A stretch of DNA of 64,000 nt from Stegostoma tigrinum. Its lineage: Eukaryota. This document shows positions 27,002 through 46,129 of the stretch, piece after piece. Below the pieces are notes generated by a model. It was given only the letters and a program-made list of their open reading frames with translations. It was not told the DNA's origin and ran no database searches. The stretch is from assembly GCF_030684315.1 (NCBI RefSeq), contig NC_081391.1:21288629-21352628 (forward strand), written 5' to 3'. The position numbers and the translations under genes are program-made. The stretch's first letter is position 1. Every line of letters starts with the position of its first letter.

Positions 27002-28191
27002 AAGCATGTGGATGAGGGAAGGGCAGTTGACGTGGTGTACATGGACTTCAGTAAAGCCTTTGATAAGGTTCCACATCGTAGGCTATTGGAGAAAATACAG
27101 AGGCACAGGATTGAGGGAGATTTAGCAGTTTGGATTAGAAACTGGCTTTCTGTAAGAAGGCAACGAGTGGTGGTTGATGGAAAATATCCAGCCTGGAGTC
27201 AGGTCACTGGTAGTGTGCCTCAAGGATCTGCTTTAGGACCACTGCTGTTTGTCATTTTTATAAATGACTTGGACGCAGGCATAGGTGGATGGGTTAGTAA
27301 GTTTGCAGATGACACTAAAGTCGGTGGAGTGGTGGACGGGGTGGAAGAATGTTGCACGTTGCAGGGAGACTTGGATAAACTGCAGAATTGGGCTGAAAGG
27401 TGGCAAATGGAGTTCAATGCAGATAAATGTGAGTTGATTCAATTTTGGGGGAATAACAGGAAGGCAGAATACCGGGTCAATGGAAAGATTCTTGGCAGTG
27501 TGGATGTGCAGATGGATCTTGGTGTCCATGTACATAGATCCCTGAAAGTTGTCACCCAGGTTGATAATGCTGATAAGAAGGCTTACCGTGTGTTAGGTTT
27601 TATTGGTAGAGCGATTGAGTTCCGGAGCCGTGATGTCATGCTGCAACTGTACAAAACGCTAGTGCGGCCTCATTTGGAATATTGCGTGCAGTTCTGGTCA
27701 CCCCATTACAGGAAGGATGTGGAAGCATTGGGAAAGGTGCAGAGGAGATTTACCAGGATGTTGCCTGGTCTGGAGCGCAGGCCCAATGAAGAAACGCTGA
27801 GGGACTTGGATCTGTTCTCATTGGAGAGAAGTAGGCTAAGAGGGGATTTAATAGAGACATACAAGATGATCAGAGGATTAGATAGGGTGGACAGTGAGAG
27901 TCTTTTTCCGAGGATGATGACTTCAACTTGTACAAGGGGGCATAGCTACAAATTGCGGGGTGATACATTTCAGACATTTGTCAGAGGCAGGTTCTTTGCT
28001 CAGAGAGTGGTAAGGGCGTGGAAAGCACTGCCTGCCAATGTAGTTAACTCAGCCACGTTAGGGGCATTTAAACAGTCCTTGGATAAGCATATGGATGGTG
28101 ACGGGATTGTGTAGGAGGTGGGGCTTGGATTAGCTCACAGGTCGGCGCAACATCGAGGGCCGAAGGGCCCGTTCTGCGCTGTATTGTTCTA
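27002..28191 (+). mobile_element. 5'-truncated CR1 LINE, independent insertion
   Basis: Uninterrupted 368-aa RT frame 27008-28114; TSD TGAACC 26996-27001 and 28192-28197; empty site TTGTGAACCTTGTG at ~13400. Confidence 0.93.
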
Positions 28192-30046
28192 TGAACCTTG
28201 TGTTTTCAAATTGAGGCATCGAGCATAAAAGCAAGGAATTGATGATACCCCTCTACAACTCATTGGTTAGACCACATTTGCAGTGATGTGCTCAGTTCTG
28301 GGCGTGGCTTTTAAGGAAGGGCATTCAAGCCCTGGACAGAGTTCAAAGGTGATTTATAATAATGACACCTGGAATGGGGAATTTCAGACACACGGAAAGA
28401 TTAAAGAAATAGCGCTTATTCTCCTTGGAGCAAGGAGCACTTGTTGAAGTGATCAAAATTATCACCAATTCTGTCAGGGTAAAGGGGGATATTCTGTTTT
28501 CACCAGTGGATACGTTAGTGACGAGGGGTCACAATTTGTCAGTGAGGGAGCTCACAGTGAGAGGAGGAGAAACCTCTTCACTCAGAAAGTTGGTAGGGTT
28601 TGGTATGCGTAGCTGACAGGAGTGATGGACGCAGATTCCGTAGGTGGCTTTAGCAAAGCAGCTGTATACATATATGGAAGTGGCAAATTTAGAGGGATAC
28701 AGACATAGGGCTGGAGAGTGGGGCTGGGTGTGGAATGCTTTCAGAAACTGAATCAGGCACGATGGGCCAAATGGCCTCCTATCATTAAAAATCCTCTGCA
28801 TGTTCCCCCAGGAAATTCTCAGAGTTTGGAGAGGGGCTTTGTACTCCTCTCAGTGGGCACCTGTACAAGGCACCTTTAATGTGGGAAAGCTGTTACACAT
28901 CAGCAGAGACATGGTCCTTTACACAAGGTAGACCCAGTTCCACTGGCAAAGAAATGTTGACTGGGGATCCCCCCACTGCTGACCTTCACCCACCGTCACA
29001 GCCAACGATAGCACACGCCTATCTTCCACCTGGATGGCCGTTGGGAACTTGTTTTGCATTGCACTTTACCAGGACCCTCCCCTCGATCGTACCGTCCTGG
29101 GTGGCCCTGCCAGGAGGTGAAATCCTCTTCAGGTATCACTCTCAGAACCAACAGAACACTCGAGGCTCTCCATCACTGCGAGGTGACAATCCACAGGCAG
29201 GAGCTGGAGGCAGGGAGATGCTGCTCAGGTACAGACCCATCACAGAATCGGAGAATTGTTGTGGCACAGCAGGCGGCCATTCGGTCCTTTGTGCCTGCAC
29301 CTGTTCTGGTTGTTTTCTAATTCTGCCTGTAGAGATGTTACAAAATCTCTGGATCTGGTATGGACTTGGACCAAGGCTTCCTGGTCCACAGCTAGGGACA
29401 TTACCCCTGAATCACAATACCCTGGCTGCACTGGTTGTACAAACTTAGAATCATCGAAAAAAAATTGTTGGATTCGGCCATTCAGCCCCCTCCAGACTGC
29501 TCTGCCATTCCATGTGATTGTGGCTGATTCCATAACTCAGTCCCATCTTCCCACTCTCTCTCCATACTCTTTGATCCCTTCAGCCCTCAAAGCTACACCC
29601 AACTGCTCCTGGAAAAAATTCAAAGTTTTGGCCTCAAATGTTTTCTGTGGCACAGAATTCCACAGGACCCCCACTCTCTCGGTGAAGAGATTTCTCCTCA
29701 TCTCAGTCCTAAATGTGTCCTTAGGCTGTGACCCCTGGTCCTAAACTTTTCCATCATCAGGAACATCCGTCCTGTCTTTTCCACAGCTGACACTATGACA
29801 ATTTTCGATGACCCCGAGCCAATTTCCCACCTTTCTTTCCCAAATCCCAGCACAACAGGCTGAGAAACTGACACTCCCCTTCCTCAATGAGTCCCTTCTG
29901 CAGTTGATCACAACCACCATAATTTAAAAACAAAACGAGCAATCTTTTCTCAAACCATATTTACTTCTTTTAAAAAAGAACCAAATGACCTCTGACCTGA
30001 TTGAGTGGTGCAGAAGGTTTGAGATGCCGAATGGCCTCCTGCTGTT

Positions 30047-30238
30047 CCAATCACAGAATAACCATCCAGACCTGGCTCTCATCTCCACCTCTGATCAGCT
30101 CTGCTTAACACACCCTCCCCCTCTCTCTCATTGGTGCCTGTATGCAGGGGTGGTTCCTGATTGGCCAGCAGCAACTGTCAGTCATCATCAGTTCTGCCTC
30201 CCTCTGGGTGAGTGCCGGTTGTCTCAGGAGTAGAAACA
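30047..30238 (+). promoter_or_regulatory. Ferritin E promoter with degraded TATA (TAGAAACA)
   Basis: Aligns with the other promoters; CCAAT boxes retained. Confidence 0.65.
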
Positions 30239-30306
30239 CAACAGCTTTGGGGATTGAGGCCTTTGTTCCAGAGTTGTCCTTGTGATTGTGAGCAGGAATA
30301 GTGAAG

Positions 30307-32694
<2,388 letters not shown>

Positions 32695-35600
32695 ATGGGG
32701 TCAATAATGTGTACGTTGTACATGGTGACATAATGCTAGTAACTCGGTTGTGCTGAGCAAATCAAAATAGTGTTCACCATGGAACTGAGTACTTTGCCTA
32801 ATTTCACAGCTGCTTCTGGCTCTTGGTATTGCTGTTTGCACATCTGATCATTAAATCCTTTTCTGTTACTTCTGATTAACCTTTAATTCAATGCCTGCCC
32901 CAGTAGTTTGCTCCTCTTTTGGCTGTACGAATTCAGTCAGCAATCAATGTAGTGGAAATCCCACAAGTGTTCGGGTTTTTTTTGTCAGTACAACACTGTT
33001 TACTAGCCAAACAACTTTTCAGGACCAGCTTCTAGTCAATAGGCAGGGGACTGGTCTCAGTCAAGCTAAGTGTTGGGAACTGAACTGGAGCCCTGCCCTG
33101 TGCAATGTTCAGGTCTCATTGGAATAAGCAGCTGCAGGAAATCTCAGGTTTGGCTGCACCTGGGGGAAGAACTGTTCAGTCCCAGGACCTGAGACACATT
33201 ATCATCTCCTGACAGATGTTGCCACACCTGTGACTTTTTCTAGCACTTGGAGTCTAATGATTTGAGCATACATTCACTTTGCAAACAAGAATATAAAGTA
33301 AAAAAAATTTAGCCTGGAAGATGCACTGATCTCTTTAGCAATTGCTTATCTACAAAGGATACAAGTGGTTTCGCTCCCATTTCCTTTGCTCCTTTATCAC
33401 TGGTGGAAGGAGTGAGTCTCATGGCTGCCTGTAAGAGAATGAGAAAACTTGTTTTCACTTGTCTCAGGCTCTCACGCGTGCACTCGCCAGAGAGAATGAC
33501 CTGTTAGTCAAGGCAGCAGTGCCCATCTTGGAGCAGGTGTGGCACAACTTCTCAGTGCTCTGCAACGTAAAGATTACATAGGCTAAGAACACCAGGTGAA
33601 AGTAAAGTTAGAACCCAAATACCACGAGGAGAAATCAGCAGTTCCAATCTTTAGCTCTTTATTTTCAATGAAATCAGCTCTCCTGCTCTCAACTGACCTG
33701 CATGTGCCAGCACATGCACTGCTCTGTGCCTGCCTTGTTCCTGATGTTCAGGGGTGACAGTCTCCTCTATTAAAAGGATGTGGATGTCTCTGAGCTGACA
33801 GCATTTATTATCCATTTCAAATTGCCACAAGGCCAGGTCAGAGGTGCACACATCGCTGTGCTTGCAGGGTCATATGCAGGCCAGGCTCGGTAAGGATGGG
33901 TTTTTGACACTGAATTGAATGCTCCTCATTACCTTCTTAATTCCAGAGCGGTGTCAGATAGAATCAGGAGATCAGGCCAACACTCCAGAAACTTGATGGC
34001 CTCCAGCTCCAAGCAATGATTGTCAAGCTCATTATTAGGTTCTTATTGCCAGAAGAGAGTTGTTCAGACAGAATCAGGTCAACGGGTATCGGTCCAACAC
34101 GCCAGGAGCTTAAGAGCCTCCAGCTCAGAGCAGCCGCGAGATTCATTCTTTCCGCCACTGACACACAGGGACTACAATATGTGCCGTCTAACAAATGCTG
34201 TAGAAATCCACCAAATCTTCTTAGACAACACCTTCCAAAGCCCCCATTCATCCAGTGTTGGTGGATCAAAATGCTGCCATTGCCTCACCAGGAGCATTGG
34301 GGATCTGCCTCCACTAAATCAACAACAGTTCAAGAAGGCAAGCCACCACATTCGCGAATCTAATGTTAGGCCTGATCTCGGACCAGTTCAAATATCTCAG
34401 CGTGGAGGTTCTTTTGTTCTAGTTCAAACATATCTGGAGTGCACAGTTCGAGCAGGTTGGACGCAAAGATCGTTATGAACAGAATTTCTGGAATGCCCCC
34501 GGACAGAAAGTTAATTGGTTACGATGATAATACTTTGCCCAAGCCCCTCTGTGTAGAAGTGTAAAGGACGTCTGTGCTTCAAGTTTCAAAGTGGATTAAT
34601 GCATTTGACAGGGTACATAGAGAGATCCTGCTTCTTTTCAATCCTCATCTAGGACTAAGAGTGGGGAATATGATTACAATCCTCGCATTAGAAGTAAATC
34701 ATCTATGATAAAGCCAAAAACAGCTTCGTTTTGGAAAGGATAATATGTGAATCAGCAGATACATTTTTATTTGGTCAGATTTGATGTTGCCAATTGCTTT
34801 CCAATATGAACATAAAAGATGAATGCATTTTGCTTGAACAAACGTAGAAAGACAAAACAGGCTCGATGTTTCAATTCTGAGGCGAGTACAAGAGCAGAGG
34901 GACTTTGGGTTTCAAGTATGTGATTACTGGAAAGTGGCTGAGCGGGATAAAGCTGCGATGATAAGGCTTTTGTGAAATGTGTGTTTTCAAATGGACGCAG
35001 AGAGTATAAAAGCGAAGAATAGATGTTACACCTGTACAAATCATGGGTTAGACCACATGTGCAGTGTTGTGTTCAGTTCTGGGCATGGTATTTAAGGAAG
35101 GACATTAAAGCCCTGGACAGAGTTCAAAGGGCATTTACGAGAATGACACCAGGAATGAGGTATTTCAGATACAAGGAAAGATGGAAGAAATTGGGGTAAA
35201 TCTCCTTGGAGCATAAATGTTTAAGAGGTGACTCTGTTGAAGTGATCAAAATAATGAACAATTCTGTCAGGGTAAAGGAGGACATTCTGTTTTCACCAGT
35301 TGATTATGGCAGTAATGAGGGGGTCACAGTTTGTCAGTAATGGAGCTCTGAGATGAGAACAAACCTCTCTATTCAGAAGGTTGTTAGGATTTGGAATGTG
35401 ATGCCTGGGAGAGTGGCGGAGGTAGATCCCATAGGTGGCTTCAAAACAAGAGCTGGATATATACTTGGGAGTGACGAATATAGAGGGTATAGGGCTGGAG
35501 AGGGGGACTAGGTGGGTAGCTCTTTCGGAAGCCGATACGGACATGATGGGATGAATGGCCTCTGTCATTAAAAATCCTCTGAATGTCCACCCAGGAACTT

Positions 35601-35934
35601 TTGTAAATTTTGGGTTTGTATTCCTCTCAGTCTTAAATGTCCAACCCAGTCCTCTTACATCAGGATACCCTGATCCTGGACTTCCCCCCCTCCCCCCCTC
35701 CTCATTGGGAACATCCTTCCTGTCCTTGCCCCGTCTGATCCTGTCACAGTTTTCTATGACCCAGAGTCAAATTTCCCACCTTTCTGTCTCATATCCCAGC
35801 ACAACAGGCTGAGAAACTGACACCTCTTCTTCATTGACTTCCTCGTGCAGTTTGTCACAACCACCTTAATTTAGAAACAAAATGTTAAAGCTTTTTTCAA
35901 ACCAAATGCAGTTCTTTTTAAAAAAGAGCCAAAT

Positions 35935-36031
35935 AACTTATGAAGAAGTGTCCAGACCTGAAACATCAGCTTTCCTGTTCCTCTGATGCTGCTTGACCTG
36001 CTGTGTTCATCCAGCTCAACACCTTGTTCTA
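35935..36031 (+). mobile_element. Short Penelope-type repeat fragment inserted upstream of the F promoter
   Basis: Similar to the right arm of the 60664-60840 palindrome; TSD CAAAT; absent from other promoters. Confidence 0.7.
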
Positions 36032-36096
36032 CAAATGACCCATGACCTGATTGAGTGGAGCAACAGGTTTGAGATGCTGAATGGCCTCCTGCTGTT

Positions 36097-36289
36097 CCAA
36101 TCACAGAATAACCATCCAGACCTGGCTCTCATCTCCACCTGTGATCAGCTCTGCTTAACACACCCTCCCCCTCTCTCTCATTGGTGCCTGTATGCATGGG
36201 TGGTTCCTGATTGGCTAGCAGCAATTGTCAGTCATCATCAGTTCTGCCTCTCCATGGGTGAGTGCAGGATGGTCCCAGGAGTATAAATA
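36097..36289 (+). promoter_or_regulatory. Ferritin F promoter
   Basis: CCAAT 36097, two ATTGG, TATAAATA 36282-36289. Confidence 0.72.
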
Positions 36290-36336
36290 CAGAGCTTGTG
36301 GAAGAGCAACTCACTTTTTGAGTGGGAATAGTGAAG

Positions 36337-39287
36337 ATGGCCTCCCAAGTATGTCAGAACTACCACAAGGACTGTGAGGATGCTGTTAACAAGCAGATCA
36401 ACCTGGAGCTCTATTCCTCTTATGCTTACCTCTCCATGGTGAGGCTTGTGACATTGAAGACCTGACCTCAAATTGAAGCCTGTGATATATGTGCATTGAC
36501 TCTCTTAGGTTTATTTTCTTGCCTAGTTTCATGATTTAGTTGTAGCATGTGTTTTGGTCTGTGGCCCTTCCCTGACTGAATCCCAGTGAAATGGTTCACA
36601 CTGACTCTGTTGGAAACTTGATGTTTGTCTTGTATTGCAACTGACTCCTGGGTGACAATGGCCACTTTGTTATCTCTGGACAATGTACCCCTTAGTGACT
36701 TTTCTCCTTCCTCTGAAGGGATGAGCTGATGTTGCTGATAAACCTATATTTTCCTTAAATTTGGTTGCAATTTTCTTTTAAAGAGAAGATTTCCCTGGTG
36801 AATTTTTCTATGCAAAATGTACTTGCACTCTTAAAACTTTGCCCCATTCACCAGGCTGCTGTCTGATTTGGCCCTAAATGAGTTCTTTCTTTTCTGAAAG
36901 AAAAGCAACTGCTGGAAATTAGAAACAGCAACAAAAACAGCTGGAATAGCTTTACAGATCTGGCAGGATTTAGAGAAATCAGTTCATGTTTTGGGTCCAG
37001 TGACTCTTCCGCAGAAGTCATCCTCCTCCTAGCTATTCAGTAGGAGGAAAGACAAGTGTGGCATGTTTTCACACTCCAAATGTGAATTACAGGAAAAAAA
37101 ACCAGTTAGAACTCAGTGCTGAGTAGATGGTAGGACAGAGTGGGGTTATTCAGGTGGGTGATGTTTGTAATGCTGGCGCTCACTGCGATTCATGGCTCTG
37201 TCCATCCACGTGCTCTTTCTTACAGTGCTGTGTCCTTGATCGGCTGGTTGTGTGTCCTCTCTTTCTTCTATCTTCCATGGGACAAGACTTTCTGCCTGTC
37301 TATCATGTTCCAGTAATTAAATGTCCAGTTCTGGTTGCCATACTAACAAAAGGATGTGAATGCTTTGGAAGGGGGTGCAGAGGAGGTTCACCAGGATGTT
37401 GCCTGGTATGGAGGGTGTGAGCTAGGAAGACAAGTTGAGTACATGAGCATTATTTTCATTAGAAGGTGGCAGATTTGGGGGTGGGGTCCTGATTGAGCTC
37501 CTCAAATTCATGAGGGGTGTAGACAAGGTGGATAGCAAGAAGCTTTTTCCTTGAGTGGGGAACTCAATTACTAGGGGTCATGAGCTCAAAGTAAGAGCAG
37601 GGAAGTTTTTTTCAGGGAAGATTGGGTGAGATTCCTTTCAGTGTGGAAACAGGCCCTTTAGCTCAGTGCACACTGGCCCTTGAAGCATCCCACCCAGACC
37701 CATTCCCCTATAACCCCCATACCTCGGAATGCGACGGGCAATTTATCATGTGGATATGTTTGGAAAGCTCTTTACGCAGAGGTTGGAGGGTGCCTGGCAC
37801 ACATTGCCTGTGGAAGTGGTAGATGCAGTCACACTAGTGTCTTAAGATCTATCTGGACAGGTACATGGATGGGCAGGGAGCAAAGGGATAGAGACCCTAT
37901 GAAAATAGATGACCAATTTGAGACCAGATGTCGCTCGGTGCAGCCTTGGAGGGTCAAAGAGCCTGTTCCTGTGCTGCAGCTTTTTGTCCTTAAATGTGGA
38001 ATCAAGATGGTGACTGGGTTAGTTTCTGGTTGAGGAGTGCCATTGAATTTCAGATACACTTCCCCTTCCTGCCTGTTTCTTCCCCCACAGTTCTCTTACT
38101 TTGACCGGGATGATGTTGCCCTGCGTCACTTTGCTGAGTTCTTCAAGGAGCAGTCCCATGAGGAGCGAGAACATGGAGAGAAGCTGATCACATTCCAGAA
38201 TAAACGTGGAGGTCGTGTCCTTCTGCAGGACATCAAGGTTGGATTCAAAATTTTTTCAGCTCAATACAATGGACTGATATCTCAATATGATCAGGTTCAG
38301 GATTAGACAAATACTGTGTGAATGGGAGGTTGCTCACCACAATAAGATTCCCTTCACTAAAAAGAAACACTTTTTTGCACTTGTGATTGAACAATAGTTG
38401 GCAATTGTGATAATCCAGTATTCTGGATGGTGAGCAAATATCGGTGTCTGCTGCAGCTTTGGACAAGATGAGGTGTCAAAAGGGAAAACAGAAGTCTTTC
38501 AGGTGCTGAATTCATCAGAATGAAGCCTTTATACATCTAGAAGATGTTTCTGATGCCTTGAGATCACTCTGATCACAGCCTAGCAGGATCTGTTTAGAAA
38601 TGTCCCCTTCAAGAACAGTACCAAATACAGCATGTGTTTTACCAAGGTCAAGTTGGCCTGTAGTACCTCCCCTACAATGATGAGGGATAACTAACTGATC
38701 AGATGTAGACTAATGATACAACTGCCTGCTGAGCTGTGCTTTCTGTTCCTGCTTCCCTCCCCGCAGAAGCCAGAGCAGGATGAGTGGGGCAGTGGCTTGG
38801 AGGCAATGCAGAGAGCTCTGCAGATGGAGAAGGATGTGAACCAGAGTCTGCTGGATCTGCACAAACTGGCCTCTGGCCACACGGACCCTCATGTGAGTGT
38901 GGTGTATTTAAATCTGGGTTTTTGAATAAAAACAGGGATCAGACACTTGGTCCTTTTTGTTCGCCACAAGATCTCCTTTGACATTGTGGCGGGTTTTCTT
39001 GGGTTGTACCAAGATCCTCCTGTTTCTAATACTGAGCACTTTCTCGTGTGTATTTGGCAATCTCCATGACATCACTTCACTGTTCGGTCTCCCAATCTGC
39101 ATTTGGTCAGATTTAACCAGTTCCCCTCTTTGCTTTCCAGCTGTGTGACTTCCTGGAGAGGCACTACTTGGATGAGCAAGTGAAGATGATCAAGAAGCTG
39201 GGAGATCACACCACCAACCTGAAGAGACTGGGAGCCCCTGACAATGGCATGGGAGAGTACCTGTTTGACAGGCTCTCACTCAGCTGA
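36337..39287 (+). CDS. Ferritin unit F, intact 173 aa. Exons 36337-36438, 38091-38237, 38767-38892, 39141-39287
   Basis: MASQVCQNY...[14 protein letters not shown]...DRLSLS*; canonical splice sites. Confidence 0.92.
37315..37985 (+). mobile_element. Decayed CR1 3' fragment in intron 1 of F (also ~49410-49930 and ~61875-62555)
   Basis: CAGTTCTGG...GTGCAGAGGAGGTTCACCAGGATGTTGCCTGG ([11 protein letters not shown]) and CR1-type tail. Confidence 0.7.
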
Positions 39288-42200
39288 ATGGGGTCAATAT
39301 CTATATCTGTTGTACATGGTGACCTCATTCTACTAAATGACTAGTTGTGCTCTGAGCAAATTAAAATAGTGTTCACCATGGAACTGAGTACAGTGTTTTA
39401 TTTTCATAGCTTCTGGTTCTTGGAGCTCTGTGTTTTAATGTCTGATCATCAATCCTTTGTTCTTTGTGACATCCTTTGATTCAATGCCTGCCCCAGTAAC
39501 TTGCTCAGTGTTTGATTCTGCTGTGTCTGGGGATTGAGTGGGCAATCCTTTTATTGGAAATTCCATAACTGGTAAGGTTGTTGACAGATAAATCAGCATT
39601 ACTGACATGTACTCACATGTACTTACAGGGACAAGTTTGCAGGACCAGCTTCTAATCAATACACTGACTGAAATCAGTCCTTTGCCTGAAGGGTAGGCAC
39701 TGATCTAATGCACTGCCCTTGGCCATGTGTTTGGGTCTCTTTGTAAATAAGCAGATTCTGGAAACCAGGAACACAACCTGCTGGGAAATCTCAGGTTTGG
39801 CAGCATTGAGAGGGAGAAGGGTTGAACAGAACCTGGCCATGAGACACGTGATCATCTCTTGATTTGATGTTGCGTTGCCTGACAGTGAGGTGTTTTCCAG
39901 CAATTTGTTGTAATGCCTCGATGTTACTGATTTTAGTAGATTGTACAATTCCTCCTTTTAAAGAGTAATATACACTGCTTTTCTGCAGGTTTTTCCTCTT
40001 GATAAGGAATTGCTTATGTCACTGTTCCCAGAGCTAGGGAATTAGTTTCTTTGGTATTTCCTTTTATACAGGTAGGAGAAAGAAAAATCTACCTTGTCTC
40101 AGAATGCTAATGCCTGGGAACTGCCTTGGGAATGAAGCAGTGCCCACCTTGTTCCCTGTGTGATAATTTCTATTATTACCCTGCAAAGAGGTGACAAATA
40201 CTGCAGATGCCTGGTAGAAAATCAAGCTAAAATGCAAATACCATGTACAGAAATCAGCAGTTCCAATTTTTACCTTTGTGTTCAATTTTCAAGCAGATCA
40301 GCTCTCCTGCTGTCGACTGGCTGACCTGTGACTCCACACAGTGCACTGGGCTGGCTTGATCACTGTCAATCAGCCCTGAATTACAATGTGACTGGTTTGT
40401 GTAAGGGCTTTAACAGGATCAGGCTATCACTGACAGGCAGCATTTATTATCCATCTCTGATTACATTATCCATCTCTGATTTTCCCCCCCCCAGCCAGCC
40501 CATGAGTAATTCAAATTAAAACCCTTTGCTGTGGGGTTACACATAGGCTAGATCAGGTAAGGATGGCAGTTTCTTACAAACAAGGACATTAGTGAACCAG
40601 AAGAGGCTTGGTTGGACCCTGTCTTCTGGAATGAGAATGATGTGCGTGAAATTCAGTGATGTCAGACAGACTCAGGATAACAGGTAGCAGTCTAACACTC
40701 CAGAATGTTGACAGCCTCCATCAAACGAGTAGCCACTCTCGTCAATCCTTCCACCACTGACATACGCGGAGACTGCAATATATACCATCTACCAAAGCTC
40801 CTTAACTTCTTAAAACCACAACTACTTTCCATCGGACAAGGGCTGCAGATATGTAGGAACACCACGCATCTCCACATTCTACACCAAGCCACCGATCACC
40901 CGGCGTTGGAATCGTAACCCCAGGTTCCCTCCCTAACAGCAGTATCGATTTGCCTACACCAAATGGGCTACAGTAATGCAAGAAGGCAAATCACCACATT
41001 CTCGAAACTAATGTTGGCCCTGATCTCTGAGGGGTTCAAATACCTCTGGATGGAGAGGTTTTGGTGAAATGGTCAAGTTCCTGTTCAACCACAGCCGGAG
41101 TGCACAGTTCTGGCAGGTTCGACCCAAAGATGGTTATGCACAGAATTTCTGGAAGTAACCTGGACAGAGAGATGGTTAATTCATGATAACGGCTTGTCTA
41201 GTCCCTCTGTGCAGAAGGTTAAGGGATGGCTGTAATTGATATTTTTCGGAGGATTAATGGATTTGACAGGGTAGAGAGGAAAGAACCCATTTCTTCTCAA
41301 TGATCATCTCGGACTGTGCGTAGAATGGGATGACAATCTTCACATGAGAACTACATCATCCAGGACCATGTCAAAAACAGTTACTTTGTGGAAAGGACAA
41401 TATCTGCGCGCACAGATATTTACTGCACAAGGTTTGATGTTGCCAATCGCTTTCCAATTTCAAGACATAAAAAAAGTGAGTAATGCATTTTCGTAGAAGA
41501 AACACAGAAAGACAAAACAGGCTCGATGTTACAAATCTGATGTGAGTACAGGAGCTCAGAGACTTTCGGTTTCAAGTATGTGATTATCTGAAAGTGATCA
41601 GGCAGGATGAAACTGTTATTAATGGAGATTTAGCCACTTATGTGAACCTTGTGTTTTCAAATTGAGGCATCGAGTATAAAAGCAACGAATTGATGTTACA
41701 CCTCTACAAATCATTGGTTAGACCACATTTCAATTATGTACTCAGTTCTGGGCGTGGCATTCAAGGAAGGATGTGAAAAACCTCAAAAGTGTTCAAAGGT
41801 GATTTATTACGATGACCCCAGGAATGGGGAATTTTAGATACACGGAAAGATTAAGGAAAATGGGGGAAATCTCCTTGTAGGTGACCTTATTGAGAGGTGA
41901 CCTTGTTGACGTGATCAAAACTATGAACAATTTTGATAGAGTAAACACGATATTCTGATTTCAGCAGTTGACTTGTCAGTGACGAGAAGTCACAGTTTGT
42001 CAGTAGGAGAGATCAGAGTGAAATGGGAAGAAACCTCTTTGCTCAAAGTTGTTCGGATTTGGAATGTGCTGCCTGGGAGAGTGACGGAGGTGGATTCCAT
42101 GGGAGGTTTCAAAACAAGAGTTGGATATGTCCTTGGAAGTGATGAATTTAGAGAGGGACAGAGATAGGGCTGGAAAGTGGGACTAATCAGGTAGCTCTTT

Positions 42201-43476
42201 CAGAAGCTAATACAGGAACGGTGGGCTGAACGGCCTCCTGTTGTGAAGAACGCTCTGAATTTCCACCCAGGAAATTCTGAGAGTTTGGGGACGGGGTTTT
42301 TAATTCCACCTGTAGAAGGCACCTTGAATGTGGGAAAGCTGTTACACATCAGCAGAGACATGGTCCTTTACACAAGGTAGACCCAGTTCCACAGGTAAAG
42401 AAATGTTGACTGGGGATCCCCCCACTGCTGGCCAACACCCACTGTCACAGCCAACGATCGCACACACCTATCTTCCACTTGGATGGCCGCTGGGAACTGG
42501 TTTTGCATTGCACCTTATCAGGACCCTCCCCTCGATCATACCGTCCAGGGTGGCCCTGCCAGGAGGTGAAATCCTCTTCACTTATCACTCTGAGAACCAA
42601 CAGAACACTCGAGGCTCTCCATCACTGCGAGGTGACAATCCACAGGCAGGAGCTGGAGGCAGGGAGATTCTGCTCAGGTACAGACCCACCACAGAATCGG
42701 AGAATTGTTATGGCACAGCAGGAGGCCATTCGGTCCTTTGTGCCTGTACCTGTTCTGGTTGTTTTCTAAATCTGCCTGTAGAGATGATTTAAGATCTCTG
42801 GATCTGGTAGGAACTTGTACCAAGGCCTCTTGGTCCAAAGCTAGGGACATTACCCCTAAACCACAAGACCCTGGCTGCACTGGTTGCACAAACATAGAAT
42901 CATAGAAAATAAATGTTGAGTCGGCCATTCATCCCTTCCAGCCTGCTCTGCCATTCCATGTGATTGTGGCTGATTCCATAACTCAGCACCATATTCTCAC
43001 CCTCTCTGCAATCCCTTTTGATCCAGCCCTCAAAGCTCTCCCCAATTCCTGTTTTGGCTTCAATCCTTTTCTGTGGCAGAGAATTCCACAGGTTCCACCA
43101 CCCCGCCCCCCGAGGTGAAGAGATTTCTCCTCCCCTCAGTCCTAAACGTATCCTTAGATTGCAAACCCTGGTCCTGGCCTCCCCTATAATCAGGAACATC
43201 CTTCCTGTCTTTTCCACAGCTGACACTGTTACAATTTTCTATGACCCAGAGCCAATTTCCCACCCTTCTTTCCCAAATCCCAGCACAACAAGCTGAGAAA
43301 CTGATGCCCCTCTTCCTCATTGAATCCCTCGTGCAGTTGCTCACAACCACCTTAATTTTTAAAAAATGTGTAACTTTTTTGAAACCAAATTGACTTCTTT
43401 TAGAAAAGAACCAAATGACCCATGACCTGATTGAGTGGTGCAGAAGGTTTGAGATGCCGAATGGCCTCCTGCTGTT

Positions 43477-43669
43477 CCAATCACAGAATAACCATCCAGA
43501 CCTGGCTCTCATCTCCACCTCTGATCAGCTCTGCTTAACACACCCTCCCCCTCTCTCTCATTGGTGCCTGTATGCAGGGGTGGTTCCTGATTGGCCAGCA
43601 GCAACTGTCAGTCATCATCAGTTCTGCCTCTCTCTGTGTGACTGCAGGATGGTCCCAGGACTATAAATA
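43477..43669 (+). promoter_or_regulatory. Ferritin G promoter
   Basis: CCAAT 43477, two ATTGG, TATAAATA 43662-43669. Confidence 0.75.
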
Positions 43670-43738
43670 CAAGAGCCTGTGGGAGCGAGAGACTTAGTTC
43701 TAGAGTTTTCTTGGTGCTTGTGAGCAGGAATAGTGAAG

Positions 43739-46129
<2,391 letters not shown>

